DNA of 62,921 nucleotides, counting the filler, from Sphacelaria rigidula (taxonomy: Eukaryota): NCBI GenBank assembly GCA_964200075.2. It is 10 parts of 10 records of this genome, joined end to end, with 100 filler letters (N's around TTAATTAATTAA, not from the genome) between each part and the next. Parts side by side here need not be neighbours in the genome. Positions count along the whole stretch, not along the records: positions 1 to 6,203 come from CAXNAA020021538.1; positions 6,304 to 12,506 come from CAXNAA020021539.1; 8 more parts are not named here. The stretch is one strand, 5' to 3'. Of this stretch, positions 1 through 11,900 are shown one piece after another. A program made the position numbers and the translations under genes. How positions within the stretch are numbered: position 1 is the first letter of the stretch; each line of letters starts with the position of its first letter. A model generated the notes under the pieces. The model ran no database searches and was not told the DNA's origin. It worked only from the letters and a program-made list of their open reading frames with translations.

Positions 1-361
1 AGTTTCAAATCGTGCGTGCGTAGGCGAGAGAGAAATTCTCGTAGAGTGCGTATATGTGCAATAGGTGAGGCATCGAAAGCGATAGCGTCATCTAAGTACA
101 TGATGATGTGCTCGAGGCCCTCGGTGGCGCGTTGCATTAAGCGTTGAAAGCATCCCGGGGCAGTGGCAGCGCCTCGTGCCATTCGAAGCCACTCATAAAG
201 TCCGGACGAGGTACACAAAGCCGTCAGTGGGACTGTGTCAGGGTGTATAGCATTCTGAAACAATCCAGACAGAAGCGAGGTCGAAGGTGCTGAACATTTT
301 CCCTTCGCCCAAGGAGTCGAAGCCTTCATCAATGCGGGGAATTGGAAGTTCACCGACCATA

Positions 362-2551
362 GTTATGGGTGCGCCTGACCCCCCAAAATGGGCACAAAAA
401 GCGTCACCGACCAAAACCACGAAAAGACACGAACAGATCGACTTTTGAGGCTCATCTAGGCCCGTCGGGTAAAAAACGCCTTTACGTCATCGGAAGATAA
501 CGATATGGAAAAAAAAATCATATGTAGAGAACCCTACCGTTACTCCCGTTGATGTTCCTCATATATTGCGTGCCGCTGCGTCGCTTTTCGTCCGCGCTTG
601 CGATACGTTGGAATGCTACGAGGCCAGTATGGTTGACCCAACCCAACGCACCCCGAGAACCCTCGGGCAAGGATGGTACATACATTCTCTAAACAAAGTG
701 AGGCCTTGGTAGACCCCAAATCTGCGCCTGTGGCGCCGCAAACACGTTCTGCTCACACGAGGAGCCCACGGGACTGTCAGTCGTACTTTAATTCCGATTT
801 TCGTTGTACACACTCAAACCAAGTAATATCAACCATGAACATTTGTAGCCCAACGCCGGTACAGTAACTGAAACCGGAACGCTGGGCCATTTATTTTTTG
901 CAACGCGGATTGAAAATCGGGGCAAACTCATGTGCTCAATATGCGACAGAACCAGATGTACCGATGAACTTCAACGAGGACGGCCCTTACACCGGGTTTG
1001 TCATGTAGGCGGGGCGGATGTTGGTCGACTTCTCGTCATGTTTTGAGGAGTTTGATTCATCGGATCTCATCGTTCTACAATTTTAGCGGATGAATGACTC
1101 GCCCTATGCAAGTGTATTTGTTGTTCCGTGGGTATGCCTTTTCATTTCATGAAAATGCATGATTTTCATGGAACTCCCAAGATATCGTGTTCCAAGAGGG
1201 AATGAAAACAAACCGTCGGCCGTCACCAACCACTGGCGATACAACGGACGCGTGTCTTAGGACGGGTTGGTGCACTGAAATACATGGATGAGGCCTCGGT
1301 GCCATGTGACTTCAGCAAAAGTGGGCCGACGACTTTATGCTGTCTTTTGTGTCGTCTGGACGCAGTATAGTTGACCATTCGGGAGGGTAAATTGGTCCAT
1401 CTTGATATGAGTGTGAACACGGAAATCAGGATTTTTTCATGGGAACTGAGCTCCTAGCATGCCCTCAACGCGTTTTTGTCTGAATCGGGGCCTGGGGCAC
1501 CGATTTGAGGTCTGGCAACGCAAACTTCGCTTAGGGAACACGTTGCACCCGCCTTGCCCGAGGATTCTCGGTATGCCCTTGTTGTGGTTAGGGTTGGGTT
1601 TAGTTTTATGATTTGTTCGCTTTGCTGCTGCGAGGTCGCAGAGATAATTCTTGCTTTCGTTCGTGCGACTCATGATCATGTCTATAACGGCTGTGGAGTG
1701 TGTTGCAATTGCGGATACTGCTCTCCCTTCTTCAACGCCAGCTTGCTCTGTGGCCTTCTTTTCTCCTTCAGTTCAGAGTTTGTCCATACTTGCCGCCATC
1801 TAATCTATGCTATCGATGGTGGCGTGGTGATGGCACCGGGGGCAGGAGAACGAGCGCGACTCTTGGCACTATCACAAGCGATGCACAGATGGGGGTAAAT
1901 ATCCGCAGCCACGGAAGCCTCTAGGGGTTGGGTCGAACGTTCAAATTCTACACCTGTCAAACATTCCACACATGCGATGTATCAACCATCTGCGCTATCA
2001 AGAGTCATTCATGGGTGTAATCTATTCTGAGGCCCTTGGAAAGGGGTGAGGTTTTCGCATGTCGTGGAAACTGGCGAGTGTTGGAGGCGCTTGTTTGGGC
2101 TGATAGCCCAATCTGTTTCAGACAATACTCCTGACCAAGGTCATCGATTGGGAAACGAACATTTGCATCACCTGCGCCAAAACCACGGCTACAACTTTGG
2201 TGCTTGGAAATTTTTTATTCACCAGCGTCCGAGTTTAATAACGAAGGAAGTGGGAAAAAAATTAGTTTTTTTGCAATTTTCTCGATCACCATAACTTATT
2301 TCGCCAAACTGAGCACCAACATCGTAGGTTACACAAATACACGCCGGTAAGTAGCCGAGCCACGCCGTGGTTCGTACTCCGGGACGAGAAAACTTCGAAA
2401 CCGTGAAATGGAAACCCCACTCAAATCGGAAGTGCTCTGGGTGATTTTACGGCGTGCATGTTCAGGGGATGAACAAGATCTGCGGTCTGTTCGTGCTTTT
2501 GGTCGGTGACACGTTTTTGGCTCATTTTGGGGGATCAGGCGCGCCCATAAC
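362..2551. mobile_element. Non-autonomous DNA transposon (~2.2 kb) with ~60-bp imperfect TIRs, inserted in the Gypsy RT
   Basis: Left end GTTATGGGTGCGCCTGACCCCCCAAAATGGGCACAAAAAGCGTCACCGACCAAAA matches the reverse complement of the right end (GTTATGGGCGCGCCTGATCCCCCAAAATGAGCCAAAAACGTGTCACCGACCAAAA). Removing it restores RVT-MVGELPIPRID. Confidence 0.9.
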
Positions 2552-4770
2552 AGTGACGCGGTTCAACCGTTGATAATTCACGGTTATGCGTATGCTTCCA
2601 TCCTTTTTGGGGACGACCACAAGTGGCGAGGCCCAAGGAGAGGAGGAATATTGAATTAGTCCCGCTCCCAAACACGCATCCAAGATGGCGTTAACTTTCT
2701 TGGTAAGGATTGGTTTGGTACGGTATGGCCGAGAAGAAATCGGCGAGACACCGGGTTGGAGGGTAACCTCAAAGGTCAGTGTTTTGTAATGCCCAAGATT
2801 CGTCTTGCATCGGGAAAATCGGTCCTTGTACTGTAGCAGGACGCCACTGAGTTCTTGGATGACTGCCGGTTCCCAGCCGGGCCCATGAAGGTCAAAATTG
2901 ATGTCGCGCATGTGTGGCGGCAGTTCGTTCCACATGTGCAAGAAATTATTTCGAGAATCTGGTAATAAGTGTTGAAGCACTTAAGCAGGAGGATCGGAAT
3001 TTGACTGGGCAGGATCCACGGTGTGGACCTGGGGTGGAGTCGCAGAGGGGAGATCGAAATAGGGTTCATCGACGCAATGGACTGACTCCGCCGGAGATGT
3101 GGCGTTTGGCGCGGCAGGCTCTGTGACGCACGTCTCGAGTGGGATGTGCATCAGGGGGGCAGCGGCGATTCCTAAAACATCGCCGGGTTCCAAGTTAGCA
3201 TGACCCGTAAGGGGGAGGAGTTGTTGTCCCGCCGGCACAAAATGTTCTGTGTCGGCTGGTGCGCCAATACGGGGTAACATTTCGGCAAGATGATGGCCCG
3301 TAAGTGCTGGCATGCCGTTTCGGCGAACTAGTGCAACTTCAAGAAGTTGGGGGGCGTCGGAGAGTATAATATCACGCTCTGCTATATCGTAGGTGGTAAG
3401 CAGCTCCGGTTGCTTGGGGATTCTTCCGATAAGCCACGGCGCCGTGGAGAGTACCGAAGTGCTCGAGGTTGAATTCTCCACGCGGCGGAGAATGTGGCGT
3501 TAGTGGTGAAAGCGTGCGGTAGGTACGTTTATTGAACCCCATATAGCTATCTCTGCCCAATAATATGGCGGGATGAATTGTGCTGTCGGGGACAATGCAT
3601 GCCCAGACTGCCAGGCTGGCAGATCGAGTGGTGTTGTGAAAGAATTGCACGCTGAGTCGTACGGATTTACGTGTCGTCAGTGGTGCGGCGGGATCACCGA
3701 AACCGCCCCACACGCGAGGTTTGGTGGTGGTTTCGCAAGCTGCAGTAGCAGCACCAGTCTGTTTCATGTGTTTCCATGTTGATTCTCGAATAAATGTTTG
3801 CGGGCTGCCGCTGTCCAACAAAGGTACGCATTTCGTAGGCGTGATAGCGTTTGGACCGGCATGGATCGCAACGCGAGTAGTGAAAGTGGCCGGATCTACA
3901 GACACTTTACTGCGGACAAGATCCGGATCGTGTTCCGGCAAGGTAAACTGGTCAGGATCAGCGGGGCTGACAGCAAAAACGCACGGCGGATGATCCGTCG
4001 GTGGGTCAGATGTCTCGCCAGAGAAGGGGGTGGACGGTATATTATTTCCACGTGTGGCACGGTCATTGACGATTTCGTAAATGATCGTCTTTGTTTGACA
4101 GGGAACACCGTCGAAGGGGGATCCAGAATGTGCGGGGCTGGAGTCGTCGATTGAAGAAGTAGTGCCGTTTGAATCACGTGGTTTTGTTTCTTCCGGGATA
4201 CTTGAAAGACCCGTCGAGCTCAAAGTCGTCGCATTTGGGAGAGATTGAGGTCGAGGATTTCCGCTCGAAAGAGATGTACGCACTGATGCGCGCGCGTCCT
4301 TGGGGGCATGCTTATGGGGCTTTCTCTTCCGTCGTGACAATGGCCGGGGAACTTCCAAAACATTTGGGGATGAAAACACAACTGCGTCCAGTTGCGTGGA
4401 TGGGGTCAGCATCGGGGTATGACGGACCGAAACTTGTGGGCTGCTTTCCATAGGCAAGCTTGGCTGCTGGGGCATAGCCGAAGATATCTTGGGGCGGTTG
4501 TTAGTAAAACCGGCCGAAGGTAGGTCCGTGCGTCTTGAGAATCGCGGGGAAGGAGCCCGATCAAACTGATTGGGAATTACATGATCCGATGTGGTCAGGT
4601 TCGAATCAACAACACTTGGGTCAGCTGAAAAAGGCTTGCTGCTACCTGTGCGTGCGGTCGCTGAGGGAAGCCTTTGCCTCAGGGACTGGCGGTTGGTCTT
4701 CCCACACCTCAGACTTATACTCGGTACTGAAGGACCAACTTCAATGCCGGGTATAGGTCTGAGTCGCGGA

Positions 4771-4957
4771 GTGTGTGGAGGGGTGAAGACGGGGGTCGAT
4801 ATGAACGGCCGCCAGTTGCACTACTGCATAGTGCCGGGAGAGCCAGGCGGATAATCTCAGTCGCGGGCTCTGCGGGCTGTGTTGAAAGTTGTGTGGAGGG
4901 TCAAGACGGGGGTCGATATGAACGACCGTCAGTTACGCTCTTGGATAGTGCCGGGGG
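4771..4957. repeat. Two ~70-bp direct repeats (period ~119 bp) in the gag-pol spacer
   Basis: TGTGTGGAGGG..AAGACGGGGGTCGATATGAACG.CCG.CAGTT...ATAGTGCCGGG occurs twice. Confidence 0.8.
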
Positions 4958-6203
4958 AATCGAGTGAGCAATTTTAGACATGGACTCCGCGGGCTGTGTT
5001 GAAAAAGTCTTCGCTCGTGCTATCGACGGAGTGGAAGACCGTAGAACGCCGGCGTCGGCACGTCATGGATCTAAGCGATCCGTAGTGAAGGTACCAGGGT
5101 TTCTGGTGTTGGGATGAGCACTTTGTGTCGGTCCCGTCCGCTCTCAGCAGAACGTTTGTTGTCGCGAAAATTTTGATCGTTCTGGCGAGGGCTTCCGTGA
5201 TTGTTGTTGTGTCGGCGACCGCGATTAGAGCTTTTATTGCCACGTTGATTCGAATTATTGCGGTAATTTCGATGTGGTGAACGATAGTCGCGCATGCGTT
5301 TTTGCCATCGGCGCCACGCGGGTTCATTGTCCTGCAATTCAGGGTTCATGAGATCAAAGGTATTGACGCATGGGCTATCACAGTCGCGCATGCTGTGGCC
5401 TTGAACACTACAGTTGATGCAACTGTTGGCATGACCGCTGAAGGCATTGCGTCTAATGGAAGACGAAAAAAGTGGGTTCCACAAATGGGGGTCATCGGTT
5501 ATAAAGGCCGTTGTTGAAGTCAAATAAACATCATCCCAAGTTTCCTCGGAAAACGGCCAACCATCAAAACTTGCGCTAAATGCATCTCTGGTACCCTGAA
5601 CATGCATAATTGAACCGGCGACTGTGTCGGGGGTCCATGAAGCGCGAGACGAGTCCGAATTCCTGCCGCGAGCCCCTTGGGCATGGACGGAGGACACAAC
5701 CGTAGGTTGTGAACGCACAGACGTTGAAGGTTTGCCACGGATGGCAGGCGTTGGATTACCCTCTTGGTGTACAAAAGCAGACCACACAGTATCAACAGAG
5801 AGGTAAGGCACCTCGCGATGCGCCAAGACACCCGGAAACAACGATGGCATCAGAGTCGGATACTATTGAGCAACGCTATTGCGAATATAAGTCTGACACA
5901 TTGCGTCGCTCGGTCCATTCTGGAGTCCGACACCCGTCCTACCCGAAACCAAAAGCTTAAATTCGCGGAGATAATCCGCGAAGGGGACATCAGAGGCGAC
6001 AACAAGAGAACTCAGCCTCTGGATGGCACTGGCCTGTTCACTTTTATCGAAGTAACCGATCAGACGCCTGTCCAAATCAGAGAGTAATGCCGGGCCTGTC
6101 TTCCCCTTGGCACGGTCCGGGTCCATCTCGGCGAGGAAGCCGTCGAGAATCTGCGTTAAAGAAGCAGCGAGGTCGGGAGAGCGGCGGCTGATCGATCGAT
6201 GCA

Positions 6204-6303
6204 NNNNNNNNNNNNNNNNNNNNNNNNNNNNNNNNNNNNNNNNNNNNTTAATTAATTAANNNNNNNNNNNNNNNNNNNNNNNNNNNNNNNNNNNNNNNNN
6301 NNN
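6204..6303. other. Artificial contig linker (N44-TTAATTAATTAA-N44); also at 12507, 18809, 25111, 31413, 37715, 44017, 50319, 56621
   Basis: Identical 100-bp spacer with stops in all six frames every ~6.3 kb; contig lengths run 6203 down to 6201. Confidence 0.99.
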
Positions 6304-6439
6304 GGAGTCCTCCCCCCCCCCCCCCCCCCCCCCGCCCCCCGGTACACGCCTTGCATCTTGGTCTCGCGGGTTGGATCAGCACTCCTGCACCGCGTCAACT
6401 CTCGCCAAACAACCTCAGTCAAAAACCTTTTTGCTACTT

Positions 6440-6715
6440 ACGTACGTCCTCACGTACGTCCTCACGTACGTCCTCACCCTTTCAACGGTGGAAATCAGAT
6501 ACTTTAAAGATACAACCCAACGCATTTGGCGGGAATCGAACTCGCAATCTGTTCACCCTATTGGTGTCAGTTGGACCATGACCATTTTAATCTACAGCAC
6601 CGGGAAAATTAGACCACCGGGACGCGGCCGCAAAAAGCAAAAAAAGTTGGATCATGACCATTTAAATATGTTGACCACCGGGCAAATTAGACCATCGGGG
6701 CGCTCCCGCAAAAAA
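6440..6715 (-). mobile_element. tRNA-derived SINE with duplicated head and short tandem-repeat tail
   Basis: Minus strand has A-box-like TGGTCTAATT twice (~75-bp tandem units), B-box GAGTTCGATTCC and a (TACGTCCTCACG)x3 tail; similar to 62170-62300. Confidence 0.65.
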
Positions 6716-6723
6716 GTAAAGAG

Positions 6724-6795
6724 ATGGCACGCCAGGTTTCGATCCTGGGTCCTCGAGGTTATGAGCCTCGCACGCTACCTCTGCGCCACGTGCCA
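6724..6795 (-). tRNA. tRNA-Met(CAT), initiator-like, atypical
   Basis: TGGCACG-TG-GCGC AGAGGTA GCGT-G-CGAGG CTCATAA CCTCG-AGGAC-CCAGG ATCGAAA CCTGG-CGTGCCA. All four stems pair; T-loop AUCGAAA (A54/A60) is the eukaryotic initiator type; a T7 Pol III terminator follows within ~10 nt. Confidence 0.85.
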
Positions 6796-6909
6796 CTTGA
6801 TTGATGCGGAAGTAAAACCATGTCTAAAATACATCCCGAGTCAAACCTCCTCCCGCCCCCTTTCCTCTCCCGCACCCCTTGCACACACCTCTCTGGCCTC
6901 TCATTTCAG

Positions 6910-7005
6910 GTGTTACCGTTTTACGTATCTGCTCACTCGGATGAGGTGGAGGAAGAAGCGGAGAAAATTCTTGTAGCCGAGCGTGAGCTCGCGGGAGGGG
7001 GAATG
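6910..7005 (+). CDS. DRC2: Exon of dynein regulatory complex subunit 2 (CCDC65)
   Basis: ttcag|VLPFYVSAHSDEVEEEAEKILVAERELAGGGM|gtacgt. VLPFY matches the DRC2 'EEEKVLPFY' motif; phase 0/0. Confidence 0.8.
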
Positions 7006-7736
7006 GTACGTATGCGCATATTGTTTCTGCCAATCTCCAGAGCATGATCAGCCCCAAACCACGTCAAACGCACGCACAGTTCAAATACTTTTGGTCTTGC
7101 ATGTGCATGTATGTATGTGTGCATGGATGTGTGTACGTACGTATGTATGTACTATGAATGCTACGTGCATGCACTTAGATATGCATGGACCCTCCATGAT
7201 TTGTTGCGTGTTTATTTACTGTACTTGTGTTCTGATTTACTATAATGTCCCAGCTACTGGCTTGACTGCACACACCACAGGCGAAGTTTTTGATCGACAT
7301 ATCCTGAGTGCTTCGCAGTAAGGAACACCATTATAGAGGGCAGCTATATATCGACTCGGCCCCGGTCATTTCGATGGTCGCGTGCGAGCATGTCCATGAA
7401 CGAACAGAACATCTCTTTTCAAGTAAATTCGGTAGTCGTCAAGTTACCCACAAGTAAAGTCCCCGTTGATCTCTGAGCATACAAATAACCGTGGTGAGAA
7501 TATGCCTCCCAATGAATGTGAGGGTTGTGTTGTAGATGGCCCGGTCCATTCTTCTAGGGGGGAACTAGTCCGAACAGCTTAGCTACGCAAATATATCAGT
7601 CCCCCCCCGTGAAGAATATATCATCATTCAAACATGTAAGGTCCTTGATGCCTGATTACGTACACCGGTTTGTTTTGACTGAGGGTGACGCATGAATATT
7701 TGTAAACATGCTTAAAGTTCATTTTGTGTTTTGGAC

Positions 7737-7774
<38 letters not shown>

Positions 7775-7776
<2 letters not shown>

Positions 7777-7860
7777 CCACATTCACAACCCCTACCCGTC
7801 CTCGGGGCGAGTCCGTAGTCTCATGGGATCAACCGATCTCTCTCGCGGTAAAGGATCTTG
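7775..7860 (-). mobile_element. LINE-like 3' tail (family C) ending in a (GA)n microsatellite
   Basis: Minus strand CATGAGACTACGGACTCGCCCCGAGGA is homologous to 47968-47995(+) and 54236-54262(+); abuts (CT)n at 7741-7774. Confidence 0.6.
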
Positions 7861-8135
7861 TCATTCGGTATTTCTCAGGGGTATACTCCAATTATAGTAC
7901 AAATAAATATAGATATTTTATAAAACTTTGTCGTCGTTTTCACACCAGTGTCTATATTTATTTATTTACTCTTTCAGGTACATACTTTTTCAATATTTTT
8001 TTCTCGAACGTATTCACTCATTCATCTCTTCTTCCTTTTGTTCCCTATTCCTTTATCCCTATTTTCCTGGTCATCGACTCCGTTCATCCGTACATTCGTC
8101 TCATTCATTTCGGGTGTGCCAAACAACACGACCAG

Positions 8136-8267
8136 ACGAAAGGTCCAGGTCCCGGGGAGCCCGAACCTGGAGCCCCTAGCCCTTTACAGTCCTCGGCTTG
8201 GGGGCAGAATGGCCGCCGCGTCCCACCGTGGAACCATCTTGACAACTTCTACAAGCGCTACAACAAG
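8136..8267 (+). CDS. DRC2: Next exon of DRC2/CCDC65
   Basis: accag|TKGPG...LQSSAWGQNGRRVPPWNHLDNFYKRYNK|gtgcgg matches the DRC2 'NFWKRYNKV' motif; in phase with the previous exon. Confidence 0.8.
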
Positions 8268-8905
8268 GTGCGGGCTGTATGTGTCGTAGGAAAATGTCTT
8301 TGGACTCTTTCAGTGTGGTCGTGTAGGCTGGCGCTGGTGGTGGTAACGCCAATCGAGCGGACGCATTGTGCCAACAGTATAGACATAATATTATATTCAA
8401 GGTGCGGCTTGCGGGCAAAAAGGTCTTAGAATAACCCCTTGTGTTGTATAGGCTGGAGGAGTACAGGGGGGAGATCACGTCCACTTCAGAACGAGACAGC
8501 GGTGACAGTCCCGCGACAACCTATAATGCGATTTCGCCGCACCTCCCCGTTCACATGTATGTTATCTAAAGATGCCGCTGTTGTGATTTCCCCTTAATGT
8601 TGCACCCCTTAATGTTGCACAGCGCAGACCGTTACGAAGCGTTGACTTCATGCCCTCCAAGGCCTCGTGTTCTGAACACTCCCCCATCAACGCAAGCACA
8701 CGCTGTTTTTCTTTTCAAAGGATGTCCACCACCCAAGACAACCATCTTATCACGACGCCTTGTCTACGTCACTCCGATGAAGAAGAGACAACAAGACAAA
8801 TAAATAAATAGAAAATTAGCAACGATCCAGTCCTCTCCTTCGGCAGTTGTGGAGCTATTCCGAAATCCTCCAACAAAACACAACATCGTGGAGAGCTAAG
8901 CTAGC

Positions 8906-11900
8906 GTCAGGCTAAACGCGTTGATCAGCTTGACGGGGTGCGGTGCCTGTGTTTGCTGAGGTGCGTCGTACCAATATTATCGGCAAGTCGGCCCTCGATG
9001 TTGACGTAGCGGATGCTGACTCTTCCTTTTTTGACCAATTCCTGGATGAAGAAGTGCCATAGGTCTACGTGCCTGACTCACACGCTGTAGGTCCGGTTGC
9101 TGGCGGCTCGGCGACGTGAAGAATTGAGGTGTTGTCTATCTAGGCGCGAACGGGATCGAGGCGCGTATTGAACCGCCGCTCGTGCATCTTGTTCGAGCAA
9201 AAAATTGTTCCCGTCATCCTGAGTACTGGGACCACGAGCTTTTTCTTCCATGGCCGATTACGCCATCCGTCCTTGTAGCGCCACCTTGAAGGTGGTCGGG
9301 CCATTCGAAAGAAAGACAAGGTATGAAGACGTCGATCTGCCGTTGTCCGGATTGCGTCGGAGAACGCCGTTAGCTTGAATCCACTCTTTTTTGTAGGTGG
9401 TGTTGAAGTCCGTCGCCTCGGCCAGGTACCGGATTAGGGTTTGGTGGCCATCATGTGCTCCTTGGAGGGTTTGGACATTGTCCGCGCCAGTTGATGAAAG
9501 GCGTACCCAATGTCTCAGCGAGCCACCTGTCCGAGGGACATAGCGTTGGCCGTGATGGCCTGGAAGCACTGCTTGTTCGCTGATCAAGTGACAGTTCCTG
9601 TCCCACCCAAGGCGAATGCGTCAGGTTGCAGTTCACCATCCCGTATCGCTCCAGCAGGGACTTGGTGTGGTTTTCTGGGTAACACTGATCGTCTTCTTCT
9701 CGCGGTCACGGGTATCTCTCATCCCGAGCACCAACGACACATCTCCCATGTCGGCCATCGAGAAACGTCCCATCAGGTTCCGGTTAATCTTCTCCAGCAC
9801 TTCGAGATATTTTGCGAGCAGTGAAAGGCAATCCATATACAAGATTGAGATGCAAATGTCACCGCTCTCCGACTAGATGCTTGCGCAAGGATCAGATTCG
9901 AGGCTCTTGACACCGATCTCCGCCAGATGTTGTCGACCGTGTCCCACCAGCAGTCCGGACTTTGACGGAGGCCGTAGAGGCTGTGGCAAAGTCTTATCAC
10001 CATTGAGACTACGTTGGGATCGAAGTCCTCGTATTCGGGCGTCACTTTTTCAAAGGACTTCTCCTCAAGGTCAGCGTTCAGAAAAGCAGCGTTGTGGTCC
10101 AGCTACCAGCAACACAGATCGTACTCCGCCGCTGTTGCCAACACCATACGGATACGCTGAAGGCTGCAGACCGGAGCAAGCTTGCTGTCGCAGTCGACGC
10201 CGGGGACTTGTCCCCAGCCCAGCACGATGACTCGATCCTAGAAGCAGCTGTTTGCTTTCTTCTTGTAGACCCGTCGAGAACCGATCACTTCGTTTCCGGT
10301 TGGGATGGAGGTAGCCGGCACAAGGGATTACGTGCTGTTCATCTTTAGGCTTGCCATTTCCTCGTCTGAGACCGCCCTTCAGTGTTCCTTTGCTGGCAGA
10401 ATCTTGGTCCCATTGAACATGTTCGACATTTCGTTGTTTCCCTCCCCGCCGAACAAGTTGAGACGCTGGTCGTTGTTCAGGCATACTCCACGACGGATCC
10501 TGCTTCACACGTCTAGTGCACGACATCAGATAGGAGCACAAAGGTGTAGAGTACCGCCCGCTATAGCAACGGAGTACATGTTGTCGTCGGCGATCGCTGC
10601 CAATGCGGAAGTGAGGTTGTTGTTGGCGCTGTTTTATCTCAAGAAGTGCGCTGCATTGCCTGCACGTGTCACTGCTAATGTCACTTGGCGGCGTGAGTGT
10701 CGAGGATGGTGGAGCGCCGGTGATTCGGCTGCTGGTGTCTCTCATGGGATCGCCAACTGCACCCTGTGCGGGTGTCACCGGTCGCCCCGGCGAGTCACTT
10801 CCCTCCCGGATTCCCGCTAACAGCTTCCCCCTACGGGGCGGGGCACCGTCGTGTAGCATGTCCTGCCTAGCGATGGCGCTGATTCTGTCCAGAAGCCCGG
10901 CTACCTGTTGATTGCTCGAGACCTCGCTGCTCATGATGTGGTCGACAGAGCCACGGGCCGGTTGAGCCGGCAACGAAGGTGTGGTCGCGAAAGTCGCGCA
11001 GAAAGGCGTCAATAATAGTGTAGTTGTGACCCTTCCTGTCGCCATGCTCCTCGCCGCTGGACGGCAGCGAATGTATCAGAAGGCAAGGCTTCCCAGGCGG
11101 CGCAAACGTGATGTCGTCTCGATGAAGACGTGATATTCCTGCTCTTCATGATACGTCGGATGGCCGGGTTGTAAACGCGTTAGCTCTTGTTGTCCTTGCT
11201 GTACCCAAGCAATCGTCCTTCGACTGCCTTGAGCGCAAGTTTTTGGGTACACCGCTCGATCTGTACGAAAACCCACGCTCCGATATAGCGCAGATGTCAT
11301 AGATCTTGCTCCGTCCCCTTCAGCATCTTGTATGGAGACTACATTTCGAGCGCGTAATGCGATGCTCTGTTTCCAAGATAAGCTGCCGTGAATATCACTT
11401 CCTCCCAGAGACACGTCGGCAGTGCGCTTTCGGCGAGCATGCACCGGGACCATGGCTGAAAGCGTCCCCCCGAAGCGCTCAGACAGGCATATTTGCCACG
11501 GCTGGTCGGCGCTGGCAAACTTCAGCAATGCTCCCGTCTAGCGGCAGCCGCCCGTGAACTCGTTACCTTTAAACTCACCCCTTTTGTCTGCTCTCAGTCG
11601 CTCGACTCAAACGCCGCCAGGATACACCGAACATAACTGTACAAACAACTGAAATGCGTGGAGTGAGCCGCTTTTGGTCTTCAGGGGGTAAATCTTCGTC
11701 CACTTGGTGTACGTATCGGAGATGTTGCACGCATACTTGGAGCCTCCAAGCGCCGCCGGTGTGAATTGTTCCATCAAGTCTGTGCAACCTGCTGAAACAC
11801 GCACTGCACCTTCTCGTTAGCCATCCCCGGGTGGACCAGTTGGAGACTCTTCCCGACGGCGCGAACGTCAAACTCCGGTACGGTTCTACCAGAGTTTACC

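Larger units (their letters stand above)
1..6180 (-). mobile_element. Degenerate Ty3/Gypsy LTR retrotransposon (gag with CCHC knuckle, aspartic protease, RT); truncated at both contig ends and interrupted by a TIR element
   Basis: Gag knuckle CINCSVQGHSMRDC in ORF 5071-5850; protease LLDSGSPQTF in ORF 3372-4475; RT SSPWASPLVVVPKKDGSIRITVNYQRLN in ORF 2522-2980, resuming as MVGELPIPRID...FSTFDLAS below 361; YLDD at 87-98. Frameshifts between segments. Confidence 0.95.

Noticed and set aside
6248..6259. Regularly spaced TTAATTAATTAA palindromes
   Set aside because: Synthetic six-frame-stop linker embedded in Ns; ORFs containing X runs and 'LIN' are artefacts.
6371..6976. 201-aa ORF, and the 232-aa ORF at 7731-8429
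   Set aside because: They read through SINE, tRNA and intron sequence. 6371-6976 overlaps the DRC2 exon out of frame; only the exon embedded in 7731-8429 is credible.
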